Origin: Gonapodya sp. JEL0774
Taxonomy: Eukaryota
Length of the DNA: 64,000 nucleotides
Assembly (NCBI GenBank): GCA_027604505.1
Contig: JADIIX010000003.1
Span: 248,001-312,000, forward strand
Reading direction: 5' to 3'
Part shown: piece after piece, positions 35,288 to 47,245 of the stretch
Numbering within the stretch: the stretch's first letter is position 1
Layout of the letters: the number at the start of each line of letters is the position of its first letter
Notes under the pieces: model-generated
What the model was told of the DNA's origin: nothing
Seen by the model: the letters and a program-made list of their open reading frames with translations, nothing else
Database searches by the model: none
Made by a program: the position numbers and the translations under genes

Positions 35288-38200
35288 ATGTCCATAACCA
35301 GAACACCATCAATCCTGCAGCATCGATCGTCCTTTCAGATGAGGGGGGAAGGCGTCAAGAATGATCGCATACCTCCCAAGTTATATTTCAACCGAACCGA
35401 GGAGAGTATCGCCGGCGTTTTCTACGTGATGAGAGGTGACAGAGTGGGACCTACATCCCGCAAATCCATGGCTATTACAATTGTGTCATTCCTTGGTGAG
35501 GTGTTGGATTGGGACAGCACTCGCACTGTCGGTTCGGCATCAACAGTAGTGAGAATCTGTGCCTCATTTCGAATCTATCAGTTGATTTCTTGCAGGTGTT
35601 AGCAATCACAGTGGGATCGTGCCCTAGCAGAACCGTGCCAAACTCCACTTCACTTACCTTTTTCGATAACGGGAACATTTGGCGCCTCCTTGCCGAGGGT
35701 CAGCTCAATGCATTCATCGCCGTGCAATTCATTCTCTGCGCGCTCGTTCTTACGGTCGTTGGAGTCACGGTGTATGTCGCTTGGAGCTTCAAAGACAGGG
35801 TCGTGCGATGGTTGTGGCCAGTAGAGGTGGGTGCTCTGCGAAGGTGACTTACCAACAATTTCTTGATTCTTGACCACGTTTCTTTACTCTGGCCTTCGTG
35901 GTAGCTCCTGCGACTCTTTGTTGGAGTTTTTGTCGGCGCCTTCCTCATTCTCATCACCGACACCCTTCTCATGCCGTTTCAGTGCGATTACATCCACGAA
36001 ACATTTTCGAAAGACTACGATTGCGCTTCTCCGCTTTCCTTGACTCTCATGGCGAGCTCTGCGCTTGCATTGTTATTTTATTTGCCTCTCGCTTTGTTGT
36101 CTGCTTGGCTTTTTTTTGACTACAATCCCAAAGCGAAGAGGTCTGAGTCCAAGGCCCATGGGAGGGCGGAAGTCTGGAACACTGTTGGAAGAGTAGGTGC
36201 ATTATTTTCAATTCTTCCGAAATTCCTAATCCAAAGTCCTGTGATGTTGTGGATCGTGAGGTTATCATTTCCATCATCCATACGATCCATTCGGCCCCTC
36301 AGAACACCCTCCTCAGCATCGTTCTGGCTGTTTCGGTCCTCTCCTTGGGCAATAGCATCGCCCATGCACCATTTTACCACCATTTCTTAAACAAATTGCG
36401 TGCCGGAACTACAACCATTGTGATTGCGATCTGCATTCTTGCACTCGCTGATGGTACAGTGAATGACTGGCTGTCATTTTTGTCCTTTGTATCCTGCTCG
36501 TTTGCCCTTGGATGGACACTGGCGGACGTGAGGTGTCGCATACTCGCAGATACTTTTCGGAGGAGCCATGCCAAGGTACTTTTGCATTTTGACTGTGTTC
36601 TACAGAGATGCTGATGTACCAGCATTTAATGGTCAGTTCGCGTCAGAAAACACGGCACTTTCTTCTCAAGAGATCCATGTCTCCGCAATGTCAGTTAGCG
36701 TGCAAAGAAGAGATTTTGCCATCGATCAGCTGCTATTTGAGACAGACTTTTATCTTGTGTTTCGCCACATTGTGGTAGCATGGACTGAGATGACAGGGGC
36801 AGAGAAGATCAGCGCCCTTACCTTTCTCCGCGTTGTCTACAGCAAATTGGATAAACGCAATGGCCCCGAAGCCGGATGGTTCCTATTTAGCTGCGCGGTT
36901 TGTGTCGGCCCTGCATATAGTTCAATTTGTCGCTTGCTCAACCCTTGCTATCTTTGACAAGGTCATCGAGTTTCATCTTGCCAATGAAATTGAACGAAGT
37001 CGCGAATTTCTAGCTCGCGCCAAAGCCTGTCACCCTCCGTGGGATGTGATTGTTGCTATTTACTCACTCTCTCGCGATATGCAGACTGCGAAAGAAGCCG
37101 CCCTCAATGATGGACGACCTTTGTCCATCACCGAACAAATGTCGCACAAAAAGTTTTTCGACGCAGCAACTACGAATCATAATGCAATCTATGCCACGGC
37201 GCACAAAATGTCCAAAATCATGGATCTCAAGCGCACTAGCCCTGAAGAAGTTTCCACCTTGGTTGTGACGCTCGTCAGATCAGTAAAGGCAGCCGAACAA
37301 GCGTATGCAGTCTTGTGCGCCGAGTTTCCGGACAACCCTTTAGCATTACGACTTCGCGCAAAGTTTTATGATCAAGTTTTCCATGACAGCCATGAAGCCC
37401 TCCGACTCGAGGCGCAGGCCCAGGAGCTCGAGCAAGTAGGATCGCCGCGTGAACATATATCAAGATCCCCCGGAAGACGCTCATCAAACAATCATGAGAG
37501 CTTCAGCGTCAATTCCAAAAGTGGCGGAAGCTCCAGCGTCTCCATGAACAGTTCTGGATCGAGCATGGGTCATCGCACTCCGAAAGGAGCGAAAATGACA
37601 ATTGAAATGCATCTTTTGGCTTCCAGAACGGCGGTGAAATGGATTTGGCTGTGCCTTTTGGTGCTCGGAATCGTCAACCTTCTCTCGCTGTTACTCGTTT
37701 CCAGGCAAATTTCGGATACAAGTCTGACAATCAACTTGTCAGTAAGAAACCCATAGTACATTATTGTTCTCTTTATTAGCTCTAAGAGACTTCATTTGAA
37801 GGGTGAGGAATACTGGCGCGGTACTAAAAAACACCGTGGTAAGAGATTTCGTCGCAGTTCATTCCAACTTAAGAAGCGTCCAAGAATTGCTTTGATTTTA
37901 TGAAGGATTGCAACGTCCACTGGCTTCTGATGCTTGAGGATCGCGCATCTTATGAAGACCCGGTCATGTTTGAAACGCACCGCAACGATTTTCGTCAGAC
38001 AATCGATAACCTGAGAGATAGCGTCAACCAAATTCGAGATTTGAGTACATTTGATAATATCTTTAACACAGCCCCGTCTCGCTTATCTTCACTATCATTG
38101 GGCGTGTGCACAGATCAATCAACCAGGCATGTTGGATTTCTTCAACTCACCCAACGTACATCTCCCGGAAATGCCCAATAATAGTACCGGGATGATCTAC

Positions 38201-40284
38201 TACGAGAGTCCTACAAGTTTTTCGAGTCTCATGTCCACGTTCATTTTAGCTATGAGAAATATTGGGAACTATTCGTATGGTGAGAAGCCCACTTTCATTT
38301 ACCAGATGTTCAAGGATTCCGGAATTACCTACATCTTGGTACTCAATTTCGTTTTGACAAACAGCCAATTTCCAGGACGTCATTCCATCACCAGAACTAA
38401 CATTTGCGATCAAGTACAAAGCCGACGAACGTTTACTCGAATGGTGTTTGAAATTAAGTGAGTGGTTCCACTCTGAGTTGTAAAACGTTTGGGCTCGTTC
38501 TCATCGAGCCGACTCGAATACAGTTGATCAACAGGCCGTGGCATCTGACACATCTCTACAGAGAGTCCTTACAGTGAACAAAGTGATGAGTTTATTCAGC
38601 CTCGGCTTAGTTGTGGGTATCGGCGCCCTTGTTATTAACTTGTTCCACTACACATTTCGGTAAGTCATTCGGAAGGGAGAAATACATGTGGTTCACTATA
38701 TATTTCAAACGTTGCATGGTACAGAGCGTATAACCGGTCTAATGGGATCGTACCTCGAGTTTTCAGTAGGATCGGTAGGAAATCTCGAAGAGTTCTAATC
38801 GATCAGCTTGCACACCATAGGGACATAATAGTCGATTTCTCAAAGACGAGACCCGTTCTTGCGACGATGTCAGAGGCAAATTTTCCGACTGTTCCACACG
38901 AAGATGAGAACCACAAAGTAATATTTTCGGTGACAGAAGATTCCGTTGTCCTCCTTCCCGCGGCTCCTCCTCTGATCGAGGTTCCGGACGAGGCAGGCGC
39001 AGAGGGAGATCAACAAACGAAGGAAGATCCTCCGTCTGAAATTTCGAAAGATCATGCACTACCTCGATCGATAATCAGATCTGCCTCTATTTTGGAAGAG
39101 GGCGCGATTCATAACGACGAAAAGGAGTCTGTCCAAGGCTCAACTTACGTCAATGGTCGGCAACGAAGGCAAAACTGCTTTGGGATTATCCGTGATGGCT
39201 TTGAGCATATTTCCAACCTGATCTTTTATCGACCATACACAAGAGTGCTCGCATTCGCATTTCTTCTGTTTGCGTGCTCTGTGATAACCAACATGGTGGT
39301 CATGCAGATTTCCACGTCCGACCTTGATGTTTACAATCGACAGTTGGTGCTTAGTTGTCGCGTTGAGTATTGGTCTCTCAGATCGCTCTTCTTTGGCATG
39401 TTCGTTGTTGACGACAATAACCTTGCGATGGACCAACTGGTGCGGCGATCACACTGAGCGAGCCTTTATTGACTGCGCATTCCATGTAGTAATCCTCTTT
39501 CATCTTTAGGTTAACGGTGGGGACGTGGTCGCAGCACTGGTAAATAGCACCACCACATTCCTGCACATGTTCCACGACCTCGTTTTTGGTTCCATTGAGC
39601 TGCTCGCTCGAGATTATCCACCAAGAAAAGATCTTTTGTTTAAACCACGATGTCTTTATGGACGATTACCATGTCACACGGACTTAGATGCATATCCAAT
39701 GTCTAGTCGTGCTGAAGATGGTCTCTATCCACTAGTCCGTCAGTATGTGAGTGCCAACGAGCTCATGATGTCCTTGTACAAGTCAGAGAATCCCGTCAAG
39801 ATCGGAGACGATGTGAGTATTCCGTTGGTGCAACACTGCAACTGACAGTTAATGTTCCCCTATTTCCTCCATTCAACTAGACCTGGCAATTTATCGTCAA
39901 TGTCGCGCGAAAGGATCTCAGTTTTGGATTGGCCAAATTGACTGGCACGTTCATAGACGAAAAAGATAATGCCATGGATGGTATGTGACCGGGTACTTTA
40001 AACTGTGACGGGTTGTTACAATCAAATGTGTTCAGGACTTCAGCAACTCGATATCGTCCTTTTTTCCGTTAATGTTGGGGTTCTCGTGCTCGTGGCATTG
40101 GTATCGAAACTAGTTTTTACCCAAAGGCTGAGGAGAGACATCGAACTCCTGCAAACGTGTCTGAGAATTGTTCCCGAATACATGCTCCCATTTGAAGGTA
40201 AGCCTTGCTTCTTCACCGCCGACTGCTTTCCACCATTTCAGGAGATCGTCCATTCTAGAATTTTCTCACCTCATGCAGCATTAA
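35288..40284 (+). CDS. TmcB-like multi-pass membrane protein, copy B (paralogue of 27113-32293)
   Basis: Collinear with copy A throughout (e.g. FDNGNIWRLLAEGQLNAFIAVQF, SITEQMSHKKFFDAAT, EFPDNPLALRLRA, WLLMLEDRASY). The end VPEYMLPFEEFSHLMQH* was reconstructed through an intron at 40198-40258. Confidence 0.72.
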
Positions 40285-40424
40285 ATTTCCCCGGTTGTTT
40301 TCGAGGAAAGTGGACACATTGTAACTACAATATATCATCTGATACATGACGTAATTGGGGTGTCTGATGCCAAATGCATGCTCTGGAAGTGACAAAGTTC
40401 CATTTCCAGTATGAAAAAGAATTC

Positions 40425-41681
40425 TTAGATCTGGTCCAAAAGAAGTTTAAACAACAAATGGATGAGTTGAAGGATCAGTAATGCCCCGAACACTACATTC
40501 GCGTAACCCACCAGTTTCTTTGTCTGGAAGAACCTCCTAAGGTACCATATTTGCCATACACCGAGGGCAATCAGAACTACAATAGACAGAATTGAGAAGT
40601 ACTTGACGCGATCGTTGGTGGACTCTGTGTTGCAAACGAGAGAATGGAGGGTAGGTAGTATATGGGGCCCAAACCAGTGCAATTTTTCAACTGCAAAGCG
40701 CGTTTCCGGAGTATACAAACGGACGCCGCAGTGCGAACAAATATGTCGATTCAGCATCGCGATAAGGAACACTCACCATTTGTGTCTCTCATTTTCGCTT
40801 CTCTTTCCTTCATCGCCTCCATTTCTTCAACGATCTCTTTCACAACGCCTTCCATTCTTCTCAACTCCACTTCAGCCGGTCGCAATTTCTCCGTTTTTGC
40901 TATTTCCGACATATCCTCTGCTTCAATCCCAACCTCGACTTGTAAGTGGATATCGCGCTTCAACGCGGGGTGCGGTTGAACACCTCAACATGGCGGTAGT
41001 GAGTGCGTGCCCCAAAAAGGTTCTCTCCACTCCCCACACAATACTCACCATCCCGCAAAACATTCGAGAAGCAAAACTCAACATCAGCGTGTGAGTGTGT
41101 TGTAAAAGAGAACTTGAGGTCATTGTTGGCGTCTCCCTTCTTGAAGTATTGGTTGGAGTGTGGGGAATTGTCCCGAATCTAAGATGTAACAGAATTGGCA
41201 CACAAATGTCTTTCAGATAGAGAATCCACTCCGTGGCAGCAACCTTCCACGTATTCATCTCCGAGTTATAGCTATTTTAGGGATGGCGCAAGACATCATG
41301 GAACGTGTGCTTCTACGTTACTAGATGCTGGCATCATCCCCTTCAACGTCCCCTCCTCAATGCGAAAGACAAATCCTTGAGGCATAAGTATCTGTGGTTC
41401 ACCACACTCACCTCAATGTCGATTCTCTGGTCTGTACCAGGCCCTACCCATATCTTCCCAGCAACCAAAACATTCCTACCGACGAATTGGGACAGACAAC
41501 GCCTGTTCGGCACTCCCGCTGCGTGATAGCCCTCCAGCTCAAACTTGACGGCGTGGATCGATGAGATAAAAAGAATCAGGGCGGCAAAAATAATGTGCAA
41601 GAGGCGAGGTAGAGAGGATTTAGAGTCCGAGCCAACACGATGTCGGTGGTTCGTGGAGGGAGGATGCCACGAAGACCACAT
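40425..41681 (-). CDS. ERV25: p24/emp24 family GOLD-domain cargo receptor, Erv25/TMED10-like
   Basis: Signal peptide followed by AVKFEL, then [49 protein letters not shown] with a dilysine tail. Confidence 0.9.
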
Positions 41682-42346
41682 TGCAGACGCAAGTAAGCGA
41701 AGGAAAACGGGCAGGGTAGCGGATTCCGGCAAACGTTGCTTGAGGTCACGGATTAATTGATTGAAATCGCCAGCACCGGTTCACAATTTGAATAGATCGC
41801 TAGTATGTATCGTGGTTGGGGTTTGCCCTCCAAACTCTATCGCTGTCTCACTCTCATATTATGTACATATTTGAGGCAGAATGCATCTCTCGCAACACTT
41901 CCTAGGTGTCTCCAACGTTCTACGTGGAATGATATTACACAGTACTTTTGCACACCGATCAACTATAGCTTTCAATAAATTTGGTCGACATCTCATAACC
42001 TTCTCTTGATCCACAGAATTTGGCTGTGTAAGAGGATTTTGTTGTGCTCGTGAGGAAGTGGCGGCCGTTCGTGCTTGGATTTGGGGATTTTCTCTTTTCC
42101 CCTCATTTCAGCTTCTGATGACCGTCACGCGATAATCATCAATATTCTTACTGCTCCCCCTCTGCTTTATCTTTCCTTCGTCCATCTTGGCTCTTTGTTT
42201 GAATCTCCCTTGTCACCTGGGACCTGTGGAAACGCCGAGGAACCCCCGCGGGAGAGAACCCTAAAGCAGTCATTGGGACGCGAATCGCGCCGAATCGACC
42301 TTCTCATTAACCATCCTTCAGGCTCTTTGCTCCTACCAACTTATCA

Positions 42347-44528
42347 ATGGCGACAACCGAGCCAATCGAGCTTCTGTTGGCGGCATTGAGACCACACGCG
42401 GGCATCAATGATTCCACCGGTCTTCCTCCACTAGTACCGGGACAGTCATTTCGAGCGGGCCTGTTGCATGTACCGTTGCCCGAAGCGGACATCATGGATG
42501 ATAGTGATGGGAGTGGCTCCGAGGGGGCTCCCGGAGGGGAAGCGCCTAGCGCCGATGAAAGGGAGCCTGCGGAGAACTCAGATTCGGAGATGGATGACGC
42601 ATACGCTGATGATGCTCCTGGACCTTCCGTTAACGGTCACTCCGGAGGTTCCATTGGAAACAATCGCACTGCCTTTGACGTTGAAGCAGACTGGGAACTA
42701 GCAGACGTACATCGCGGACCCGGCGACGATTCGTCAGATGATGGGGGTGGAATAGGAAGTGAAATGGGTGACGACGAGTCCGACGAAGATGAGGACGTCG
42801 ATCTGTCGGAGGTGGACGCGGAAACGCCCGTTTTGGCAACTTCGAACTCTTCACCCCGAACACGCCCGCGGAGTCTCAGTTTCTCAACATCTGCTGGCGC
42901 TTCGGGAAGGAAGGGAGGAATACCGCATGCGGGATTGCAAAAGCTTCCTCGAACATATCCTTGCACATTTGGCGGGTGCAAGAAGGTGTACAAGAACCCC
43001 GGAGGTTTAAAGGTAAGTTTCAAGAGGAGCATGAGAGGAATATGGTATATTGCAGGAAATGAAGGTTTCTGGGGCAACGCAGGAATCTTTTTGAAGCCTT
43101 TCAGCAACAAGCTTTCCCACGTTTCTTCAATACGCGCCAGGAACAGCCCCTTCAGTTCGTCCTCGATCAAATTGATTCTGTCTTCTCAGGCACCTCATCT
43201 AACTTTTTGTTCTTTGTTCACAGTACCACCTTTTATATGGGCACCCAGACCCAAACAATCCCCCTAACCCCCCTGGCTTCTTCGGACGGTCTGGAAAGCG
43301 TGGCCGCAATGCACCTGACGTTTTCAAGCCATACAAGTGCTGCATTGCGGGATGTGGCAAGCGGTACAAGAATATGAATGGATTGGTGGGTCGCCACGTG
43401 AGAACCAGTTGTGGGCACATTCTCACTTCCCCGAACCCGACTTTTATGACCGGACGGATCGCAGAAATATCGTAAGTTTCAGCAGAGTAAGTCAAGCACT
43501 GCCTTTGATGTTAATAAATTGTATCTCCATTGTCAGATCTCGAACATGCCCATCATGACCTCCCTGACGACCCAGCCGCTCTTCCATACACCGTGCGCTC
43601 GTCTGGTCGTCGCGAATGGAATCTTGCGGCCTGCTACGATCCCCTGGGTGCCCCAACTAACGCTGCTCATTCCACCTCCCCGACTCATCACCGAGCCCTG
43701 TATTTGTCCAGTCCCCCTGGTCAACCTCTGGATCCGTCTGACGCCTCCTCTGTTTCTTCTGTGCGGCTTCCCAAGACTCGAAGGAATTCCAAGGCCACAA
43801 GCGGTCGTGGGGCGAGTTCGACCTTCCCAGCGTCCTATTCCGATGTGCCCGGAGGAGGCCACTTCTCTGCTCCTGCGGCGGTGTTCTTGAATACAGGTAT
43901 GCCCTCCATACTTGCTCGCCATGCCGAGCAACTGCCCTCCCAAGCGATATCGGGATCAATTCCAATCGCTTCTCCAATCAATCCTCCTCCGTTACCCGAC
44001 GCGACACCTCCGGTGCCCTCGGCATCCTTAGCCGGAGCTCTTGCTGCTGCCGCCACCGCACTCCGCCCAAACCAACTTGCGAAGGCAAACCAAATCGCCG
44101 GGGTAGCAACTGCCGCTGTGCACATTTCAGTTACTCCTGCATCTCGTACGCACCCCAGCACCCCGCGAGGCCCTCCACCGGAACTCTCAGATGACGAGTC
44201 TACCCCTGAAGCCTCTCGGTTATCCGCGGCTTACACCTCTCCAATGCTAGCGACAGTTCAGCTTGCGTCGAGTCACTCTACCACAGTGTCTGGTAGTCTC
44301 GACCCACTTCAACAACTGCTGGCGGCAGCTGCGATTATGTCTGCTCCGAAAGAAAGCGTGGGAGTTGTGAATGGGGAGGTCAATCATGGCGTCAGAAAGA
44401 AGAAGGGTGGGCGAAGTGAAGACGAGGACGAAACCATCAAAGTGGATGGGAGTGGTTCAGAGGGTGCCGACACCGGACACGCCGACGATGGAGAGGAGCT
44501 GTTGGTGTTTCCGATGGACGATGACTGA
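42347..44528 (+). CDS. Split C2H2 zinc-finger transcription factor (Sfp1/JAZF1-like fingers)
   Basis: The spliced fingers read YPCTFGGCKKVYKNPGGLKYHLLYGH and KPYKCCIAGCGKRYKNMNGLKYHLEHAH. The N-terminus is acidic. Confidence 0.85.
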
Positions 44529-44690
44529 GACATGTTTGAGCCTTTTCGTATATGTACCATTGCTGGCGACGGAAGGGGGAATTTTGTATGAAAAAATATT
44601 CAATTTTTCTGTCTCTTGCTGGCCGCATCCGATCAAACAGGTTTGGCCGCAAGTTTCCACGATCAATCTTTATCCTCGCCTCTGCCATCC

Positions 44691-45993
44691 ATGTCGAACT
44701 CAACACAAGAAGCGCCCGTCTCAATGGCTGCTGCCACGAGCGACTACGCAAGAACGTATTCCCAAGTCGCATCAATTTCCGGTAGTTCGGTTTTGTGAGC
44801 GATCTGTGATATGACATGAAATATAATTTGCTTTGCTCTTTCGCCTAGTACAGCAACGATCGCGTATAGTTTCTTCCTCCTATGGTATCTTACGCGTCTG
44901 AACGGCCTCAAGAAGAAACGTCGAACTTTGATGCTCTTGCTGGTGTTATTCCTATTAAGTGAGTAGATGGCCGGTAGTCTAGAATGCCAATATGATAATC
45001 TGATCCGGGCTTCATGGTTAGTCCGCACATCCTCTTTTGCAATCCGTGTAGTCTTACCACCTCTGTACGCAACCTCACTGTTTATGATTCACTGGACGCT
45101 GTTCGCGGCTGGGCTGTTCTTTCTCCTGAGTGCAAACGCGGAGATCGTTTTTGAGTGGTTGGAACGTTCGTTGGTGATCGGATTGTGGTTAAAGGGCAGG
45201 AGGTCGCAGGGTAGCAAGTGGAAAAGAGCAGTAGTCGTGGGAAAGATTGGTGAGTAAGAACAAAGAGCGCTACTAGTGGGGAGCCACGCTACAACGAAAT
45301 GCATTTTCCAACAATCATTATTTGCATAGGTACGCATGCTGTTGTGTTGATCGGTCTGGTGTCTGTCGTCTGGTCTACATCAAGAGGAAGGGCTCTGTTC
45401 GGCCCATGGGTGATTGCAGGATTTTTTATTGCAGTAATGAGGTTCTGGAGCGCTGTGGTTTGCTTACCAGCGAGGGCGGCTAACGGGTGCTATTCATTCC
45501 ACAATGATTCCCTCCCCAACTTCAACTGATGCAGCTTCATCCAAGCAATGAAATTTGTGGGATACACAAGAATTGGTGGCTTCGGACAGGCATCGTTCAC
45601 TCCTGAAGCCAAACGCGATTGGCAAGCGCAACCAGAAAACTGGTCGCCGAGCAGAACTGCGATGACGCGTGGAACGTCTTTTGCGGATACAGCAGAAGGT
45701 TTTATCCGAAATGCAAGATCACTTAAGTTAGTGAGTGGCAAAGTCTGGACGATGAATTGATTCAAAATGACACCATGATCTACCAGGTTGGCTATAAGCT
45801 TATTACACCAATCACCACCTTGTATTTCATCTATATGATCTACAACCCATATTATGCCAAATTTGACTCGAATCAAGGATCAATCTATTCGGAGAATTGG
45901 TGGTACACCTTTGTTCTCATTTGTGAGCTTGGGATATTGACTTTGATAGCGATGCCCCGTGCTTTGGACTTCCTGGATCTAGACGCGCTGTGA
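44691..45993 (+). CDS. Multi-pass (about 7 TM) membrane protein, RTA1-like/GPCR-like
   Basis: The spliced product has successive hydrophobic helices (IAYSFFLLWYL, LMLLLVLFLL, LVRTSSFAIRVV, WTLFAAGLFFLL, VVLIGLVSVVW, ITTLYFIYMIY, WWYTFVLICELGILTLI). Confidence 0.6.
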
Positions 45994-47245
45994 ATTCACT
46001 GTGTGTTCGTTGTCAGGACGCAGGACAGGTGGACGGTGCAACCACCAGTATTGATTACAATGCTACTCTCTGTTCTCGGGCAGCGTTTGGGAGAGAGTGT
46101 GTGGTGGGCCTATATTAAAGGAATTTTGATCTATTTATCTTTGTACATTCTTGAATCTTGGGGTGAGACATCATGGAATGCACCGTGCATACGTGAGTGG
46201 GGAACCATCACGTCCAATTGACAACACGGCAACTCTTCCAGCTTTCGCTCATTTGGACTTTCTTCAGAGTACTTGTTGTGTGCTTCTATCTTATTAGCAT
46301 GATGAGGGTTGCACACTTGGATCAAATGCTTTGTGCACTCTCAATGAAATCGCGTCAACGCGTTCCCCGGTAACAGATGCGATCTTGAGATCTGGCTGAC
46401 TCCTACTAGAAAAATTAACATTGTTGCCGGTTATGTGAATCCCCATCCTATGGCTGAAATGGTTCCCATTGCTTCACTCACTGTGTTTTACCTAAAATCT
46501 GAATCAGTCGGAGACTTTCGTATCTCAGAGGGCTGTTCTGAATTCCGACAATAATTATTATAATTTTATTGATGTGTGTTGGTGGCTCCCATCAAGGCAA
46601 ACTCAACTGAGTGAGCGAACAATCAATTCAAGCAGGAGGTGAACTCAATCATATGAAGTGAGCACCGGAAGGCGAGACAAAAACAAACCAGGTTGGATTG
46701 AGAAGTAGTCGATTTTGAAACAGGTGAGTGGGTGTGGTCGAGAATGGAGTGAGGGCTAAGTGGAGGGGAGTGCTCAGCAGTGCGAGAGGAGAGAAGGAGG
46801 GAAGGAGGAGAGAGATACTAGAGGGATGATGGAGACGGCAGACTATAGTTTTCAGTATTGAAGGGTGCAAAATGTCAGCGAATCGGGGAGGAACTTGCGG
46901 AGTGAAGTTACTGTCTGAGGATGGGGCTAAGGGGGGGCAGGGGATTACGCGAGGGAAGGCTATGCGAGGGACCTGTGTGGAAAACGACGTGCCAATTGCC
47001 TCCGGAGAGCGTGTCTGCTGGCCTTGAGTGGATGCCTTGCAATGGTAGTCACCTGCAATGCGACTTGTGGAACCACATCAACGGTTTTGGACGTATTCCC
47101 TACACACCAAAAGGTGGCATGTCCTCATTATTTGTCCTTCATTCTGTCACCCCGCATCTCCAGAAGAACCACCTCCACAGTCTGCTCCACTTCTGCTCGC
47201 TCCATCCTCCTCACTTTCCCCCCATTCCCCACTTGTTCCCAGCAA

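Noticed and set aside
27113..40284. Inverted TmcB-like copies as transposon terminal inverted repeats
   Set aside because: They are diverged, intact protein-coding paralogues. No transposase or target-site duplication is evident.
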